A DNA stretch of 64,000 nucleotides from Mobula hypostoma (GCF_963921235.1 NC_086097.1:83638001-83702000); one strand, 5' to 3'; shown: positions 12,699 through 26,124, counted from the stretch's first letter. Translations and numbers: made by a program. The notes: a model not told the origin generated them from the letters alone.

Positions 12699-12809
12699 AT
12701 GGATCATTATGAATCAAATCACTCGCAGTCCGATGACTACATGCAGCAGGAGGATGACTGGGACAGAGATCTCTTGTTGGATCCTGCCTGGGAAAAGCAG
12801 CAGAGGAAG
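12699..12809 (+). CDS. ACTN1: alpha-actinin (non-muscle, ACTN1-like) coding exon 1, 37 codons
   Basis: [37 protein letters not shown] matches the alpha-actinin N-terminus (human ACTN1 [35 protein letters not shown]); homology stops at the conserved phase-0 exon 1 boundary. The family call is secure. MDHY and the short N-terminus favour ACTN1, but QEDD resembles ACTN4. Confidence 0.85.
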
Positions 12810-15800
12810 GCAAGTAACAGTGCGTTGTCTGGGTGCTTTTATCTCTGCACAGTCGGCTGTTTGTATTCACATAGAGAGGATCAAAGCATTATCCTCCTTG
12901 CTTACGTATCCATTCGGTTAAATGACAGCCTTTGCTAATCACCTGATGCTTTGTATTATATAAACTCTGTATTCGAGCGAGTTTTTGCGCCTCGTAAATG
13001 AATAAACTCTCATGGGGGGAGGGGTTTGGAAAAAGGGCAGACAGTAATCGTGAAAGCCGCAGATTGTGATTCGTAATTCTTTTTCACCAAATCTTTTCCG
13101 AGTCATTACGCTTTCATATCTGGTCTGGGATGGGAGAGGGACTAGGGAGCTTCCTGGAAAGTAGGTGGGTTCTGCTGGAGGGGAGTGCTGAAGTTCTGTG
13201 TGCAACAGATGGCCGCTGGACGAGTTTATTGAGCAATGCAGTGCCCGATATTCTTCCCGGGTTTGCAAACACGCAGAGGCAGATAATAGTTTTGAAGGGA
13301 CAAAAGTAGGTGTTCATAACGAAGGAGGTTTGTTTCTATTGCCAAGGTAAGGTAGGGAGTGTCACGAGCCAGGTTTGGCCTTAGACAGGTAATCTCCTCT
13401 GTAATCTGATTTCCACCCTCAGCCAGTCTTGGCTGGGCAACATTCAGATCACCACGCCGCGGAGCAGAGGCTTCCCAAGTGTCAGTTCTTCACTTTAAAC
13501 TAGGATCAAATAAAAGTTTCGATGACATCCACTCTCGTTAATTTCGCCATCGGCGGTGGTAGCGGTGGATATAAACGCGCGCGCGGTCTCCCTTTCTTCC
13601 TGGAAGAATATTTAGCCGAGCGCTGTATTTTAATCACCTCCAGAGTTCAGACTGTTTGGAGCTCTGGGCACTTGTAGAGGCCGAAGCTGTCCCGCTCTCC
13701 CCTCTCACCTGGCGTTACTGAGTCCCGGACAGTCGTCTAACTCCTCCCGGGGCCGCTTCAACGTCAGACATGAGGCAGAAAGCAAATAGAGCTTAATCTT
13801 CGAATCGCACCTTGTGCTTTAGCTAGTAGGAAGCGGTTAATAGTTAGATTTACTGCCTGGGACCAATTCTGTTAAAGTGAAACATGCTGTGGTTTTATTT
13901 GCCTCAGGTTTTTTTTCCCTCAACCTCGGAATCACAGTCTGTTTTGCTTGACCTGAGTTTACAAATGGTTCCTCTTTTACCATAAACTGACAAAAGTAGA
14001 TTTAGGTGGTATAAAAAAAGGTTCTGGTACCTTTCAGACAACGCTGAGAAATATTTAGAGCTGTTAAGAGATTGTAAAGTATGAGGGTTGGGTTAATACT
14101 GTACAGTCATGTCCAAAAATGGTAACACTCATTCTATGCAAGTGTTTGATTTGTCTTGGCCAGAGGTTTCTTGGATTAGGTCATTTCACTGTATTAGGTA
14201 TACATCATTTTAAATGTCTGAGTATTTCTGACTTAACAAAGAAGTGACATTCTTTTACTGCTTGCCTTCAGATAAGAGTGTAAATCCTTGTAAACTCTCT
14301 TGTCATTGTTACTGAGTGAAGGTGACTGAGGCTTTTCTCTTAATCTCCTCCTTCTCTGTTTATCAGGCCTAAGGAATGGACTAAAATGTTTGAAGAAAGG
14401 AGCTTAACTTCTTAAGAAATTGTTTGTAGATGTCCCGGTTTTAAATACTAATAGAAAGATGGAGCCTCAGAAAACTAAGTGGTGTAAGCCGTTAGACTTT
14501 GTTAATAAAGGGGTGTTCATGTCACTGATAGAGCCAGTCCACTAAGTGTAGCTGTCTTCCTGCTGTGGCTCATATGATAAATATACTCTCTCAAAGCTGT
14601 TGGTTATAAAGTTACAGCTTTGAAACTCCGTGCTGAGGAAGGCAAGGCAAATCTATTTCCAGCCAGGAGGGGTGTGTGACTTGGAGATAGGTGTGACTGC
14701 ATTCCCAGATTTCTGTACCCTTCTGCTGATGGGGATTGAGGGATGCCATTGAAGAATTCTTGATGTGTTGTCTAGGACATTGCATCTTATAGACAGTGGT
14801 CAGTGTCATGAAGGCAGTGACTATCAGCTATGTGTTGGGGTACTGTTTCCCTCCCCACCCCTTAGATCATTAGGTAAGACAAATTCGTATTCAGATGGGA
14901 ACAGGAAAAGAAAATCCAATTGGAATTATGAAAAGCATTTTTAGTTTGTAAAGTAGTTAGGATCCAAGCATGCCTGAAATGTAAATTTGTTCTTGTCCAT
15001 TTATGTAAAATTCCTCCTTAGTTTCACACAGTCAGATTCTGTTGATTTTATGAGGAGATATACAGAACAGGGAACTTGAGCATACAGGTTGGTTTCATGG
15101 CCAGGGTGGTGAGGGTTGTTTTGTAAATTTTGGGCATTATCGTGGCTCAGTATGATATTGATTGTAGTGGTTATTTTCTGATTATCTGCTTTGGATTTTT
15201 TATTTTGATCTTTGTTCCATGGGTCATTGGCCCAGTATTATCCTTTGATTTGTCATCTTTACCAAAATTATTTGACACTCAGTCACCTCCCAGGCCCTTT
15301 TATGGAAGCAGTTAAATCGGAGGATCTTCCAGTGTTTTATATTTTTCAAGTGTACTGTTCAGTGCAAAGCAGGAATGTTGAATCATATAACTAAACCTGT
15401 GTTTGCACACTTGTGATGTGTTTGCAATACTTGAGCGCTCTCGTTTTGATTTAGCTTCTTTTGAAATTGTATGTGCCATCACAGACTTGACCTCCTTTCC
15501 CTCCCCCTCCTCCTCCTCCACACCAGATATCAAATGCTAACAGCTTTATTCTGGTTCTAATAAAATATGGCTTTATTGCTTCACAAGACACATGATAATC
15601 AGCAGTGTAATAATTCAGCTGGAATACACAGAATGACCAATTACAACGTTGTCGAGAGCTAAATTTTAATATCCCCGTAGAAGGGATATCAAAAACAAGA
15701 GGGTGTAGGTTTAAGATGCAAGGAGAGAGTCTCAAATAGGAATTGAGGGGGAAGCTTTCATCCACAGAGCATGCTTGATGTCTGGAGTTCGCTGCCAGAG

Positions 15801-16039
15801 GAGATGGTGGAGTTAGATAGAGTCACTGCGTTTAATAAATATTAATTCAGCACATACACTCAAACTGCTGGCTTGGTACCATGGGCTACCCTGAAGAGGT
15901 TAGAATCCAGGATATCCCCTGGAATTGTGAAAGCAGCAAACTGTTGAAAATACAGTTTGCTAGTCATGATGCAGCTTGTAAGTTTGCTAGGGAAAGGTGT
16001 TGCAACAGTCCTACCATACATTATACAGCACCGGGTATG

Positions 16040-16390
16040 GAGGTTCCAGTGCACAACATCGAAAGAGACTGCGGAGGATTGTAGATGCAGCAGCTCCATC
16101 ACCACCATCAAGGACATCTTTAAAAGCAGCTCCCTCAGGAAGGTGGCATCCATCATTTAGGACCCTGACCATCTAGGATATTACTACCATCAGGGAAGAG
16201 GTATGGGAGCTTGAAAATGCACACTCAGTATTTTAGGTACTCTCTCTTCCCCTCCGCCATCAGATTTCTGAATTGTCCATGAGACTATTATTATTCCTCT
16301 TTCACTGTATTTATTTAATTTTATGTGGTAATGTAGTATTTTTTAATGTCTTGTACTGTGCTGTTGCCACGAAACATCAAATTCCACGGA
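16040..16390 (+). mobile_element. Rex1/Babar LINE 3' fragment
   Basis: LRKVASII-DPDHLG..LPSGKRYGSL..ttcccctccgccatcagatttctgaa, homologous to 5390-5550. Confidence 0.65.
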
Positions 16391-16814
16391 AGAGTGATTG
16401 GAGGAAAGTATGGGGGGGGGATGTCAGAGCCCGGTTTTCCAACATGAAGCGCACTGCTGGAGGTGGTGGTAAAGGCAGATACATTAGGGACATTTAAGAG
16501 TCTCTTAGGCACAAAGGTGAAAGAAAAATGGAGGTCTATGTAGGAAGCAAGGGTTAGAATGATCTTGGAGTAGGCTAAAAGGAAGGGCCTGTACTGTGTT
16601 CTCAACGTCAGTGATAATAAGCCTGATTCTAATTCTGACTTTTCAGTCTCTCTCCTTTTGTCTGTGGAAGGATGCCACCGTGTTACAAAGGTTTGCCTCT
16701 GCACTATGGTCTCTGATGATCTGAAAGTTGTTGCCAATAATATACAAGTCCACAATTTTGTATAATTTAGGAGTCCTATAAGACTTGCACCATTTGCACT
16801 GTAAAGGAGCTAAG

Positions 16815-17070
16815 GATGGTTCAGTGCTGAAGCAAATACAATTGCTACCCCACAGCTCCCGGCACCTGGATCCACTCCGAACTTATGATGCAGTCCGTGG
16901 GGGTTTGTGCCTGTGAGCATGTGTGTTTCTTTTCGGTGGTCTGAGTACCTCCTGTATTCCAAAGCCATGCTGGTCGGTAGATTAATTGTGTATTGTAGAT
17001 TGTGCCTAGTGCATTGGTGAGTGATAAAAGCAGGCCAGAGTTTTGGGGAATGTGAGGGAATAAAGTGTGA
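16815..17070 (+). mobile_element. V-SINE/HE1-like SINE, degenerate
   Basis: V-domain-like gtttgtgcctgtgagcatgtgtgtttct..cctcctgtattccaaag..ggtagattaatt. Confidence 0.55.
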
Positions 17071-18499
17071 GAAGTGAACATGGGTGTTGGGTCAGTGGTA
17101 ACTTTGTGGGCCCCAATTGCAGTTTATGTGCTGGTGGACTTTGTCACTTTGACTATGAAATGGTGGGCAGTTTACTCCGGTAGGGTTAATGCTGCTGTTC
17201 TTTTCCTTATCTTTAAGGATGCTTTACCACCACCCCCCCCCCCCCCCCGGCTTCTGGATGTCTCCCCTTCCCTCAATGCACAAGTGCATTGCAACTCGTG
17301 TTGTGATGCAGCTTCTGAGATGCTGCATGCCTTCTGCATTTAAGGTTGAGCCAGCCTGGCTGCAGAATCACCTCTGAGATCAGTTAATTCAGTACATGTA
17401 AGGGATCGAAACTGGGGATTTCCAGACCTACACGGTGCTTCAAAGATGCCACGTCTGCCTATTAAACCACATAGTGCGATCTTACACTTGCATTTTTATT
17501 TATTCTGTGTGTCCTTCACCTCACAGAAGCACTGTACAAGCAGTAAAGGACGGGTGCAAGTAGACTTTGGAGAGTGACTGCTAACTGGATGGGCACTGTT
17601 AATTATAGAGTGCTGGAGATGTTGACACTGCAAAATCAGATCACACTTGTAACAACAGTCATAAAAATAGAGCTTAAAATGAAACATGTTTTTAACTATC
17701 TTTCTCTCAAGCAAATTCTACTTTGAATTGATAAATATTCAAGTTACTAAAACATCTATGGGTTACAGAGGGCAATGGCGATTTTTGGATTGAGGTAAGA
17801 TTGGGATTGATGATTTTCACAGACAAGCTGATCATCAACAGTTTATGAAGCGTTTGCTGCTATCTTTGTCCCTATAAATCCTGGTTATTGTTCGAAAGGT
17901 ATTGGTAGCCTGGCACTTCCTCAAGTAGCTGATCAGAGGCAGGCTGTAATGGTGAGTGTCACAGTTGATTAGTTAGTGGCAAGAATCACAGGTGAATTTT
18001 AATCTTGTCCTCATTTGGTAGACAGAAAGTAGTAAGGATTGTTGTGTTGGAAACTGAAAGGAAATTACTCTTCCCCAAGTTGGGTGCACGGTGGCTCTCT
18101 AGTTTCCATGATTGAGAAAACTTGGCAAAACAGAGTAGGCTTAAATCTGAAAGCATCCTTGACTATACCAAAGTCAAAATTGTTTATTTTCATAGTACCG
18201 TAGTAATTTTATGTATTGCATGATACTGCTGCCGCAAAAAACCCACAAAATTTATGACATGTGAGTGATGATGAACCTGATTCTGATTGTCGACTGAGAG
18301 TGGGAAGAGGGGCAGGGAGAAGGAAACCATTGTTGGGAAAAGGACAAGGGAGAGGAAAGGGATATATGTGTGTGTGTATATATCTGTACTGTTCATGTAT
18401 TGTGCAGGTGCAACAAAAAACTCGCTTGTAGCACATCACTCTCAATCCGGTCCCTTAACAATAGGGTCAGAATTCCCAAACCTGCCATTATAAGGATGT

Positions 18500-18700
18500 T
18501 ATCTGTGAGAATATATTGATATCTCAGTGAAGGACAGTACTGAGGGAATGCTACATTTTTTTACGGATGAGATGTGAGACCTGAGCCCCAACTGCCTGAT
18601 GTCCATTGCAAGGCATCAAATGGCAGAATCCTCCCATTGTCACGAGAACAACTTATTTCTTCAGCAGGACAGTTGTCATTCATCAAATGCCATTGTTGGT
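18500..18700 (+). mobile_element. Deu-domain SINE remnant (SacSINE1/AmnSINE-like)
   Basis: cagtactgagggaatgctaca..cggatgagatgtgagacctgagcccc resembles the DeuSINE core cagtactgagggagtgctgcac..cggatgagacgttaaaccgaggcccc. Confidence 0.55.
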
Positions 18701-19724
18701 TGCTCTCTTTGTCCAAACTACAGCAATGCACTCCCTCCAAAGTTAGTTCATTGGTTGTCAATTTTGTTTATAAAATGTCAGTATAAAAGTTTGAATTGAG
18801 TTTTGCACAGCAAGCAGGTATGGTAACATTATTTTCATGTTAACATTTCACTATGCAGTTCCCAATTCATCAAGTGAGAATTGGATGCTTTCTATTTGTT
18901 TACCACTCTATGGAAAAATAATCACGGTTAATTGGTGTAGCTGCATCTGAACTGGGAGATTCACCAATGGAGAAGTGATCATATTGAAAAATTGCTGACC
19001 TTTAAAAGTATTGAGCTCTGCCAGGCAATTAAACACTCATTTTATGGTGCAAATTGCATTTTCAGCTTGCTTGTGGGAGGCATTTCTTAAAGAGATGTCT
19101 TTCAAGTTCAAGGGAGCTACTTTAAAAAATCATATCAATTTTGAACTTCAGCTGGGTCTATGAAATGCTTTGACACAATTCCAAAGATTGCATTATGGAA
19201 TTGTAAATGACAATGTGGCTTGGCAAGTGTGGTTGATTATTTTGTGGCTTTTGTTACACAAGATCTGAATTTCCTTTTCATTTATGAGGGCAATTCATTC
19301 ATTTTTTTTTTCTTTCCCCTTTTGTGCTTCCACAGAAACAAATGGCTTAAGAGTATATCTAGTCACTGTGAAGTCGAGTGTCAGGAAGACTGAAACCTTC
19401 ACCTCTGACCCTGTCCTGGCTCTCGTCCACTATTACATATCAAGTGCAGTTCACAAATTGATGTGGGGGATTGTGACAACTTTTCCGTCCCACCCTTGTC
19501 AACCAACTCCAGCTATCCTGACTTTTACGTTTCTTTGATTCTGACTTGGACCCCTTTTTGAACCAGCTATTTCATCCATGCTGTTGAACATCACTCCAAC
19601 GATCTGCTCATCTGGACAGCTATTGCATTTCTCTTTGTGTCCTAGTGTAGTGCTTTCATGCTTTGCTTAGATTTCAAAGATAATTAACTTCAAGAGTTTG
19701 ATATTGAAATGCTCAGTGGTTGTG

Positions 19725-20195
19725 AATCATAGAATCATATGGATCAGAAAATGACCCTTTCCTCTTATCCATATTGCTCCTGAAACCTGTCAGCACTAAT
19801 CTCACTTACCAGCTTCGGCATGTGTACTTCAATGCCTTTCCTCTCCAAATACCTGTACCATACACCTTTTAAACTTTGTAATTTGTATTTTCCTCCACTC
19901 CCTCCTCTGGAAGCTTGTTCCTGTCACTGAAAAAAATTCCTCTTGGATCTCCTTTTAACTTTCTCACCTTAAAACCAGTGCCTTCGGTTCCAGAGTCCCC
20001 TGCCCTGGGAAAAGGATTTTATCCTATCTACTTTTACCTCATAATTGTATGAACCTCTAACAGGTCACTCTTTAGCCTCTGATATTTACGTCAGAATAAA
20101 CCCAGCTGATCCAATTTCCGATGACTACAACTATCCATTCCAGAGAACATCCTGGTGAATCTCTCTATTGCACCACATCCTTCCTGTAGTGTATG
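19725..20195 (-). mobile_element. CR1 LINE 3' fragment
   Basis: (atcataga)n tail; acatcctggtgaatctct..ccacatccttcctgtagtg homologous to 877-935. Confidence 0.7.
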
Positions 20196-22024
20196 TACTC
20201 TATGACTGTGGTATGTGTCCGCTACGTGGCTGTCAAGTTCAAACATGAGGCGTGCAAGTGTCGGTGAGCTCCATTATGTGAGTCTAGTCTCTGACTCATT
20301 GTAATATCCTTCAGCAGTTTGAAAGAGACTCCAGTGCAATTTCTTTTTAAGCCATCAAGGATGCTGGCAATGGTGAAGAAACAGATATTTAATGTGGCAT
20401 CATTCTGATGTGCAATTTCTTTCTCATTTAAAAAGAAATCCTGAACTGCAGGGCTGAAATGTACTGTTCACCAGTAGTTGTAATGAGAAGTAAGTACCTG
20501 GGCTGCTTAGCAGCTTATAAGCATCGTGAAGGGTTCACACATTGTTTTGACACTGGAGCTGGTCGTTGGTCAGATTGATAAAAGATCATGAGGCTGAATC
20601 AGTGACTTTTTCTCTGGAGATGTTGCTTGACCTTTCTTGAGCAATTCCTGCTGCCACTGTACTCTTCTGTATTTTATAGAGCGGATTAGGTCATGGCAAC
20701 AGGTTTCCTGACCTGAAGAATGGTGAATGGAAATCAAAAATCATGGGAACAGGCTGATTTTTTTTTTCTCCTCTGCATCACTTTACAGTCATATGATCAT
20801 GATTAACATGCCACTGTTTTGCATACAGATTCTACAAAACAGCATTTGATTTATTTTAAATGGTATGGTTGGATTTGAATGCATTTTCTCTGGTTTTGGA
20901 GCATAGGCATTTGGATGCTAATTAGTTTAGACACGTTGATCAGTCGTCAGAGAAACAGTTCGTAATGGGAGATGTACAGTGGAATCTGTTTATGGGATAG
21001 CTTGCAGGTATGGAGCGGAGAGGGCAAGATGGAATTTGCATAGCTGATTCTGTTGTGCTCACTGGAAGTATTATGGATGGTAACATTTTTTTTTCTCTTG
21101 CTGCTCTAGACTTGATAAAGAAAGTGATCATGGTGGAAGCCAAAAGTTGAATCATGCTGCTGTTTGAGGTTGAATATAGTACGCAGCTTGCTTAGAGTGC
21201 TAAGTCTTGTGGGAGTCTAGGTGGATAATTATCAGTGAAAGTTGGATGAAATTTCCTCTCTGTTGCACAGTATTAAGCGTTGTGTAAAGTACTCTTTGTC
21301 ATACAGTAGTTAAAGAATTGTATAGCATAGAAATAGCCCATTTGGCCCATCACACCTATGCGAACCATCATGCCTATTTTTAGGTTAATTCCACTGGCCT
21401 GCATTAATTCTATTTCTCTCTAAGCCTCGCTCACTCAAGAATCCCTTAAATGTTGTTACTCTTCCTGCTTCCACCACCTCCTCTACAGCTCATTTCCAGA
21501 TACCAATTGTTCTGTGAAAAATTTACCCTTAAATCTACTTATACCCTCCTCCCTCTGACCTTAAACTTCCCTGTGTAAATTTATATTACGCTGCTGTTGT
21601 AGATATAGTACCAATTAACCTCAGTAAGAGATTCCATCCTTAAGCCACAGTATGCGTTACTTTTACTTGAAGTTGCACTCTTACGAGAGTGGGAGATGTG
21701 ACGGGAGGGGAGAGACCAGAAAAAATTTCACCATGTTAAAAGTGCAGGTGTGTATGAATTCAGATGAGGGGAATGTCAAACTTGGGACCGATGCCTTCTG
21801 TTGCTGGTTAAGCCCCCTACAGAAACTAGGAAACAACAGGAAGCATTGTAAAGATACACAGTACTCTGGGCCTTCAGGTAGAGAAAGAGTGTTTGGAAGT
21901 TTTTCTTCAGAGATCATCACAAGATATTGTAGTAGGAAAATTGGACTTGCATAATGGTGACATGCAAATAAAGGTAGTATTTTCTTCTATGCACTGGGAC
22001 TCCAAACTGAAATACATTAGTTGA

Positions 22025-22275
22025 TAGACACGAGATTCTGCAGATGCTGGAAATCTTCAGCAACACAACCCAAAATTCTGGAGGAACTCAGCAGGTCAGG
22101 TAGCATCTATAGAGGGGTATAAACAGTTGACGTTTTGGGTCGAGACCCTTCATCAGGAGTGAAAAGGAAGAGGGTAGAAGCCAGAATAAAAAGGTGTTGG
22201 GGATGGCAGGGGTAGCAGTACAAGCTGGCAGGTGAAAGGGAAGACCAGTTGAGGAGCAAGGTGGGTGAGTGGGAG
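22025..22275 (-). mobile_element. Penelope-like 3' tail with degenerate hammerhead
   Basis: Revcomp of ~22122-22158 is tcctgatgaagggtctcgacccaaaacgtcaactgt (GAAA core mutated), followed by the family tail ending ccagcatctgcagaatctcgtgt. Confidence 0.78.
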
Positions 22276-22564
22276 CCACTAGGTACTTAGCAGAGAGTCT
22301 GGGCCATTGCTGATTCCAGTGCAATTTGAACTGATGCCAATAGGATTGTTTTTGTTATGAGATAATTTATATAAAGAAGACCTTTAGAATACATAAAGTA
22401 GGTTTCTCACACAGGCCATTTCACATGTAGCTTGATGTATAGCAGACAGAAACTCTGATAGGTTGCTTCCCTCAACCACTTCCACCTCCCCAACTTTAAC
22501 CCTCCAAAAAAAAAGTATCTGGATGTAGATATCTGCAATATGTCCCACAACTACCCAAGCCCAC

Positions 22565-23395
22565 CAATAGTTCCATTTAATATCAGAGAATGTATACAAT
22601 GTGCAGCCTGAAATTATCACATTTTTCAGGCATCCTCGAAACCAAATAAAAATCCCAAAGAATGAATGACAGAAAAAAATGTAAGAACACCAAAGCCCCC
22701 TACCCCATTCTATGCACAAGCAGCATCAAACCCTTCCCCCCCCTTAATTCTACCAAGAAGCATCAGCATTCCCACCACCCACCATGCAAGCAATGGCAAA
22801 GCCCCCAAAGAGAGACCATGGTCTACACAGTCTATCAGAAACTACCTGGTCACTCCAACATTTCGACATCCCACAGGCTCCCTCACTCGCTAACAAGGGA
22901 GAGACAGATGTTGCTGCTTCCACAGTGAGAGAGAGACAACAGTCGCTATTTCGATATTACAGTCAGTCTGAAATGTTGCTTTTTATTTTGAGTTCCCCGA
23001 CTCGCGAATTGGCAGCATATTCTCCCTCACCCTTGTGTGAGAGAGAGAGAGAGAGAGATCAGTTACCCTCCAACAACCACTCTCACTGTCTTCGTTGTTC
23101 CGGCTCCCACTATGCTTCAGCTGACGACATTGGCGGAAATTCATGTCCACGGGGGCTGTGCAAGGCTGCAAAGTCACCCAACTTCAGGCCAAACCTGGAC
23201 GTACCAAAACATGTCTGATCGGCAAACTCCGAGAATGGAAAATGCCAAAGTGCAGGATCGCAGTTTTGAGTGCCGCTGTAGATCAAAGATCCCTATGGGA
23301 CCCCTGAAGAGCAAAATAGGGACATTAGAAGAGGAAGAATTTAACTGTTTCGCTGATGAGCTGGGAGAAGTTGCCCTCGGGTGCTATCTTTAGCT
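22565..23395 (-). mobile_element. non-autonomous element with Rex1-like 3' tail
   Basis: Plus-strand start catttaatatcagagaatgtatacaatgtgcagcctgaaatt resembles the revcomp of the Rex1 tail at 5740-5800; no coding capacity; similar layout to 34420-34720 and 61555-62450. Confidence 0.45.
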
Positions 23396-24580
23396 CCGCC
23401 CACCATGCCACAAAGCTAACATTGAACCCTTCTCAAATGTCAAAGGAAACAGCACGGTGAAAAATCCAGTGGGAAGATTTTAAATGCACTAGAATTTAAT
23501 ATAACGCGGCAGCAATTCTTGGGTTAAAGGGCTATGTTTTTAATTTCTTTCTTATAGAGTTCTATCTATGTAACTGCTATTTTCACGGGCAATTAAGTCT
23601 ACATCTGTTCCATAGCAAGCGGTTCATAAGGCAGAGGTGTATGGATAGCAGGCGGCGGATTTCAAAGCAATGATGTCTCAGTGGGATTTCCGAACTGTAA
23701 TGTCAGCCCTCCTGCAATGGCATGAGCAACAAACAAAACCCCTGATCCAGCTCGGTTCTCTTCACCCAGAGCTCCATTAACACAGTGTGAGAATAGTTTC
23801 CCTGTTACATTCCACCTCCCCCCACCCCCTGACGAGAAAAGGGTTTGGTTCAGTAATAACTAATTTGCATGATTCGTACCAGTATGGAAGCAGAGATCTG
23901 AACCCAAAGCAAGTGAAGATGTAGAAGTCTGAAAAAGTGGAGCTGGAGGATAGGGCAGTAATTCACGCTGTTAAATGCAACGATTGGCTGTGCAAGGGGA
24001 GAACTGGTAGAGAGATAATGGACATGAGTGACGATGGTATCTTTTATCTGTCATGTGTGCTTGTCGCCTGCTGTAAAGGGCAGATCTTGTAAAACACACA
24101 GTTAATGATATAGTCGGAAAGGAAGGAAACCTCTGAATCATGTAGAAATGCTGCACACAGCTTTGTTTCCCTTGAGCAGGTGTTGGAGGCTGTCGCATTT
24201 CTGCTTGCCATTATTGCTCAGGTTTCATTTTGCTGACAGCAGTAAGGTTCCCTCACTGCGATACTCTTGGGCTATGCCTCCAATTTCCTATTGTCCGTCA
24301 TCCATTCTAAGTGTTGTGATATGCACCTCTGGGCTCTCGACAGAAGGATGGAGCTTATTATCCACTTGCATCAGGGTTTTCTTGTCGGTCGTTCATTAGA
24401 AAAGACCTGGTGCTAAGCTTGGAGCCAGGGTATTAGCTTTATGAATCCCACAAAACACAAGAGGACCTTGTGGCCCTTTGTACTGATGCTGCTCTTTGTC
24501 AGTTAGTTCCACTGCATCGAAAGTCCCAACATCTACTATGCTGAGTGCCCATTCAGTTCCCTGCCATTGAACCTCCAAGC

Positions 24581-25207
24581 CAGAGGATCTCAACATGGGC
24601 TATACCAGGGGGTCACGCCAGAATTCACAGGGGTCACAAGTGAACAAACAAGGAACTAAGGGGCCACAGGAGTTCCTGAATGGGCCATGATAAGTTTACA
24701 GTTTTTATGAAATAGTACTAAAATATCTAAATAAAAAGAAATGAATAGATGTTAAGGGTAATCAGGTTTGTTGGGGGTCACTGAGGTGGCTCGAGGGGCT
24801 GGAAGAGCCTACTCCGTGGTGTATCGCTAACACACATACATAAATATTTAACCAATTTGCAGCCAGATATTCAAAAACTTGCTAGTTTGCATTAGTTGCA
24901 AGGATCTTACTAAATACACAAAGTAATAATATTAAGTGCTTTTCCATTGCTGGTCAGAAGAATATTATATATATTAATAAAGAGCTTTGAAATAAGTTTT
25001 ACTTTTCATATACACCTGTAACATTGTATTTAAAATATAATAATACCTACAACTTGTTAAAACATAAATATTGACTGTATATCAGAATAATTAGTACAGT
25101 TGACCAAAGAAAACCTTAGCAATGAGTGGAGACTATGGAGGGTGGGGCCACAAACCTAAATGAAAGTCTCAAGTTGGTTACAAGCAGAAAATTGTTGAGA
25201 ACCACTG
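24581..25207. mobile_element. hAT-Charlie-type MITE
   Basis: TIRs cagaggatctcaac (24581) / gttgagaaccactg (ends 25207), matching the Charlie-type CAGTGGTTCTCAA terminus; degenerate 8-bp TSD ctccaagc / atctaaac; subterminal ggggtcac repeats. Confidence 0.75.
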
Positions 25208-25795
25208 ATCTAAACATTCAGGTGGCATATCCCAGTTCATAACAGCCGCACCAGGAAAGGGAACCAAAATCGATCTTTTGGGGTCTTTGACCTGGTTTGT
25301 TATCTGTTTCTGTTTCCACAGTTGCTGCCTGACATGCTGAGTGTCTCTGGCATTTAATTTTATTTCAGATTTCCAGCATCTGCAGTATTTCTGTTTTCTG
25401 TTGGAAATAAGCTGACATGTTGAGCTTGATTGTAGAGTGTTATTGTGATTTTACTTGTGTGTTTCAACTGATTATTGTTTTAAAAAGTATGGAAAATGGA
25501 ATTTAACGCCAAGAAGTGTGATGCAGAAATTATAACAAAATACATGGTAATGAGGAAAGCATTGAGCAGTGTGAAGGAACACAGGGACCCTGGAGTTCAA
25601 AGTCAAAGTTGAGTTTATTGTCAAATGTACAAGTATACTTGTGCACAGATACAATGAAAAACTTACTTGTGGCAGCATCATGGGCACATAGCATTATATA
25701 AGCAGCATTCACAAGATAAACATAAATTATGTACAACATACATCAAAGTTGCTGGTGAACGCAGCAGGCCAAGCAGCATCTATAGGAAGAGGCGC

Positions 25796-25831
25796 AGTCG
25801 ACGTTTCAGGCCGAGACCCTTCGTCAGGACT
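25796..25831 (-). ncRNA. minimal type-I hammerhead ribozyme motif, left arm
   Basis: Revcomp agtc-CTGACGA-agggtctcggcct-GAAAC-GTC^-gact. Confidence 0.75.
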
Positions 25832-26124
25832 AACTGAAGGAAGAGTGAGTAAGGGATTTGAAAGCTGGAGGGGGAGGGGGAGATGCAAAATGATAGGAGA
25901 AGACAGGAGGGGGAAGGATAGAGCCGAGAGCTGGATAGGTGATAGGCAAAAGGGGATACGAGAGGATCATGGGACAGGAGGTCCGGGAAGAAAGACGGGG
26001 GGGGGTGACCCAGAGGATGGGCAAGAGGTATATTCAGAGGGACAGAGGGAGAAAAAGGAGAGTGAGAGAAAGAATGTGTGCATAAAAATGAGTAACAGAT
26101 GGGGTACGAGGGGGAGGTGGGGCC

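Noticed and set aside
12810-12938. Extension of the alpha-actinin ORF to 79 aa
   Set aside because: Residues after QQRK have no actinin homology; this is read-through into the intron past the GC donor.
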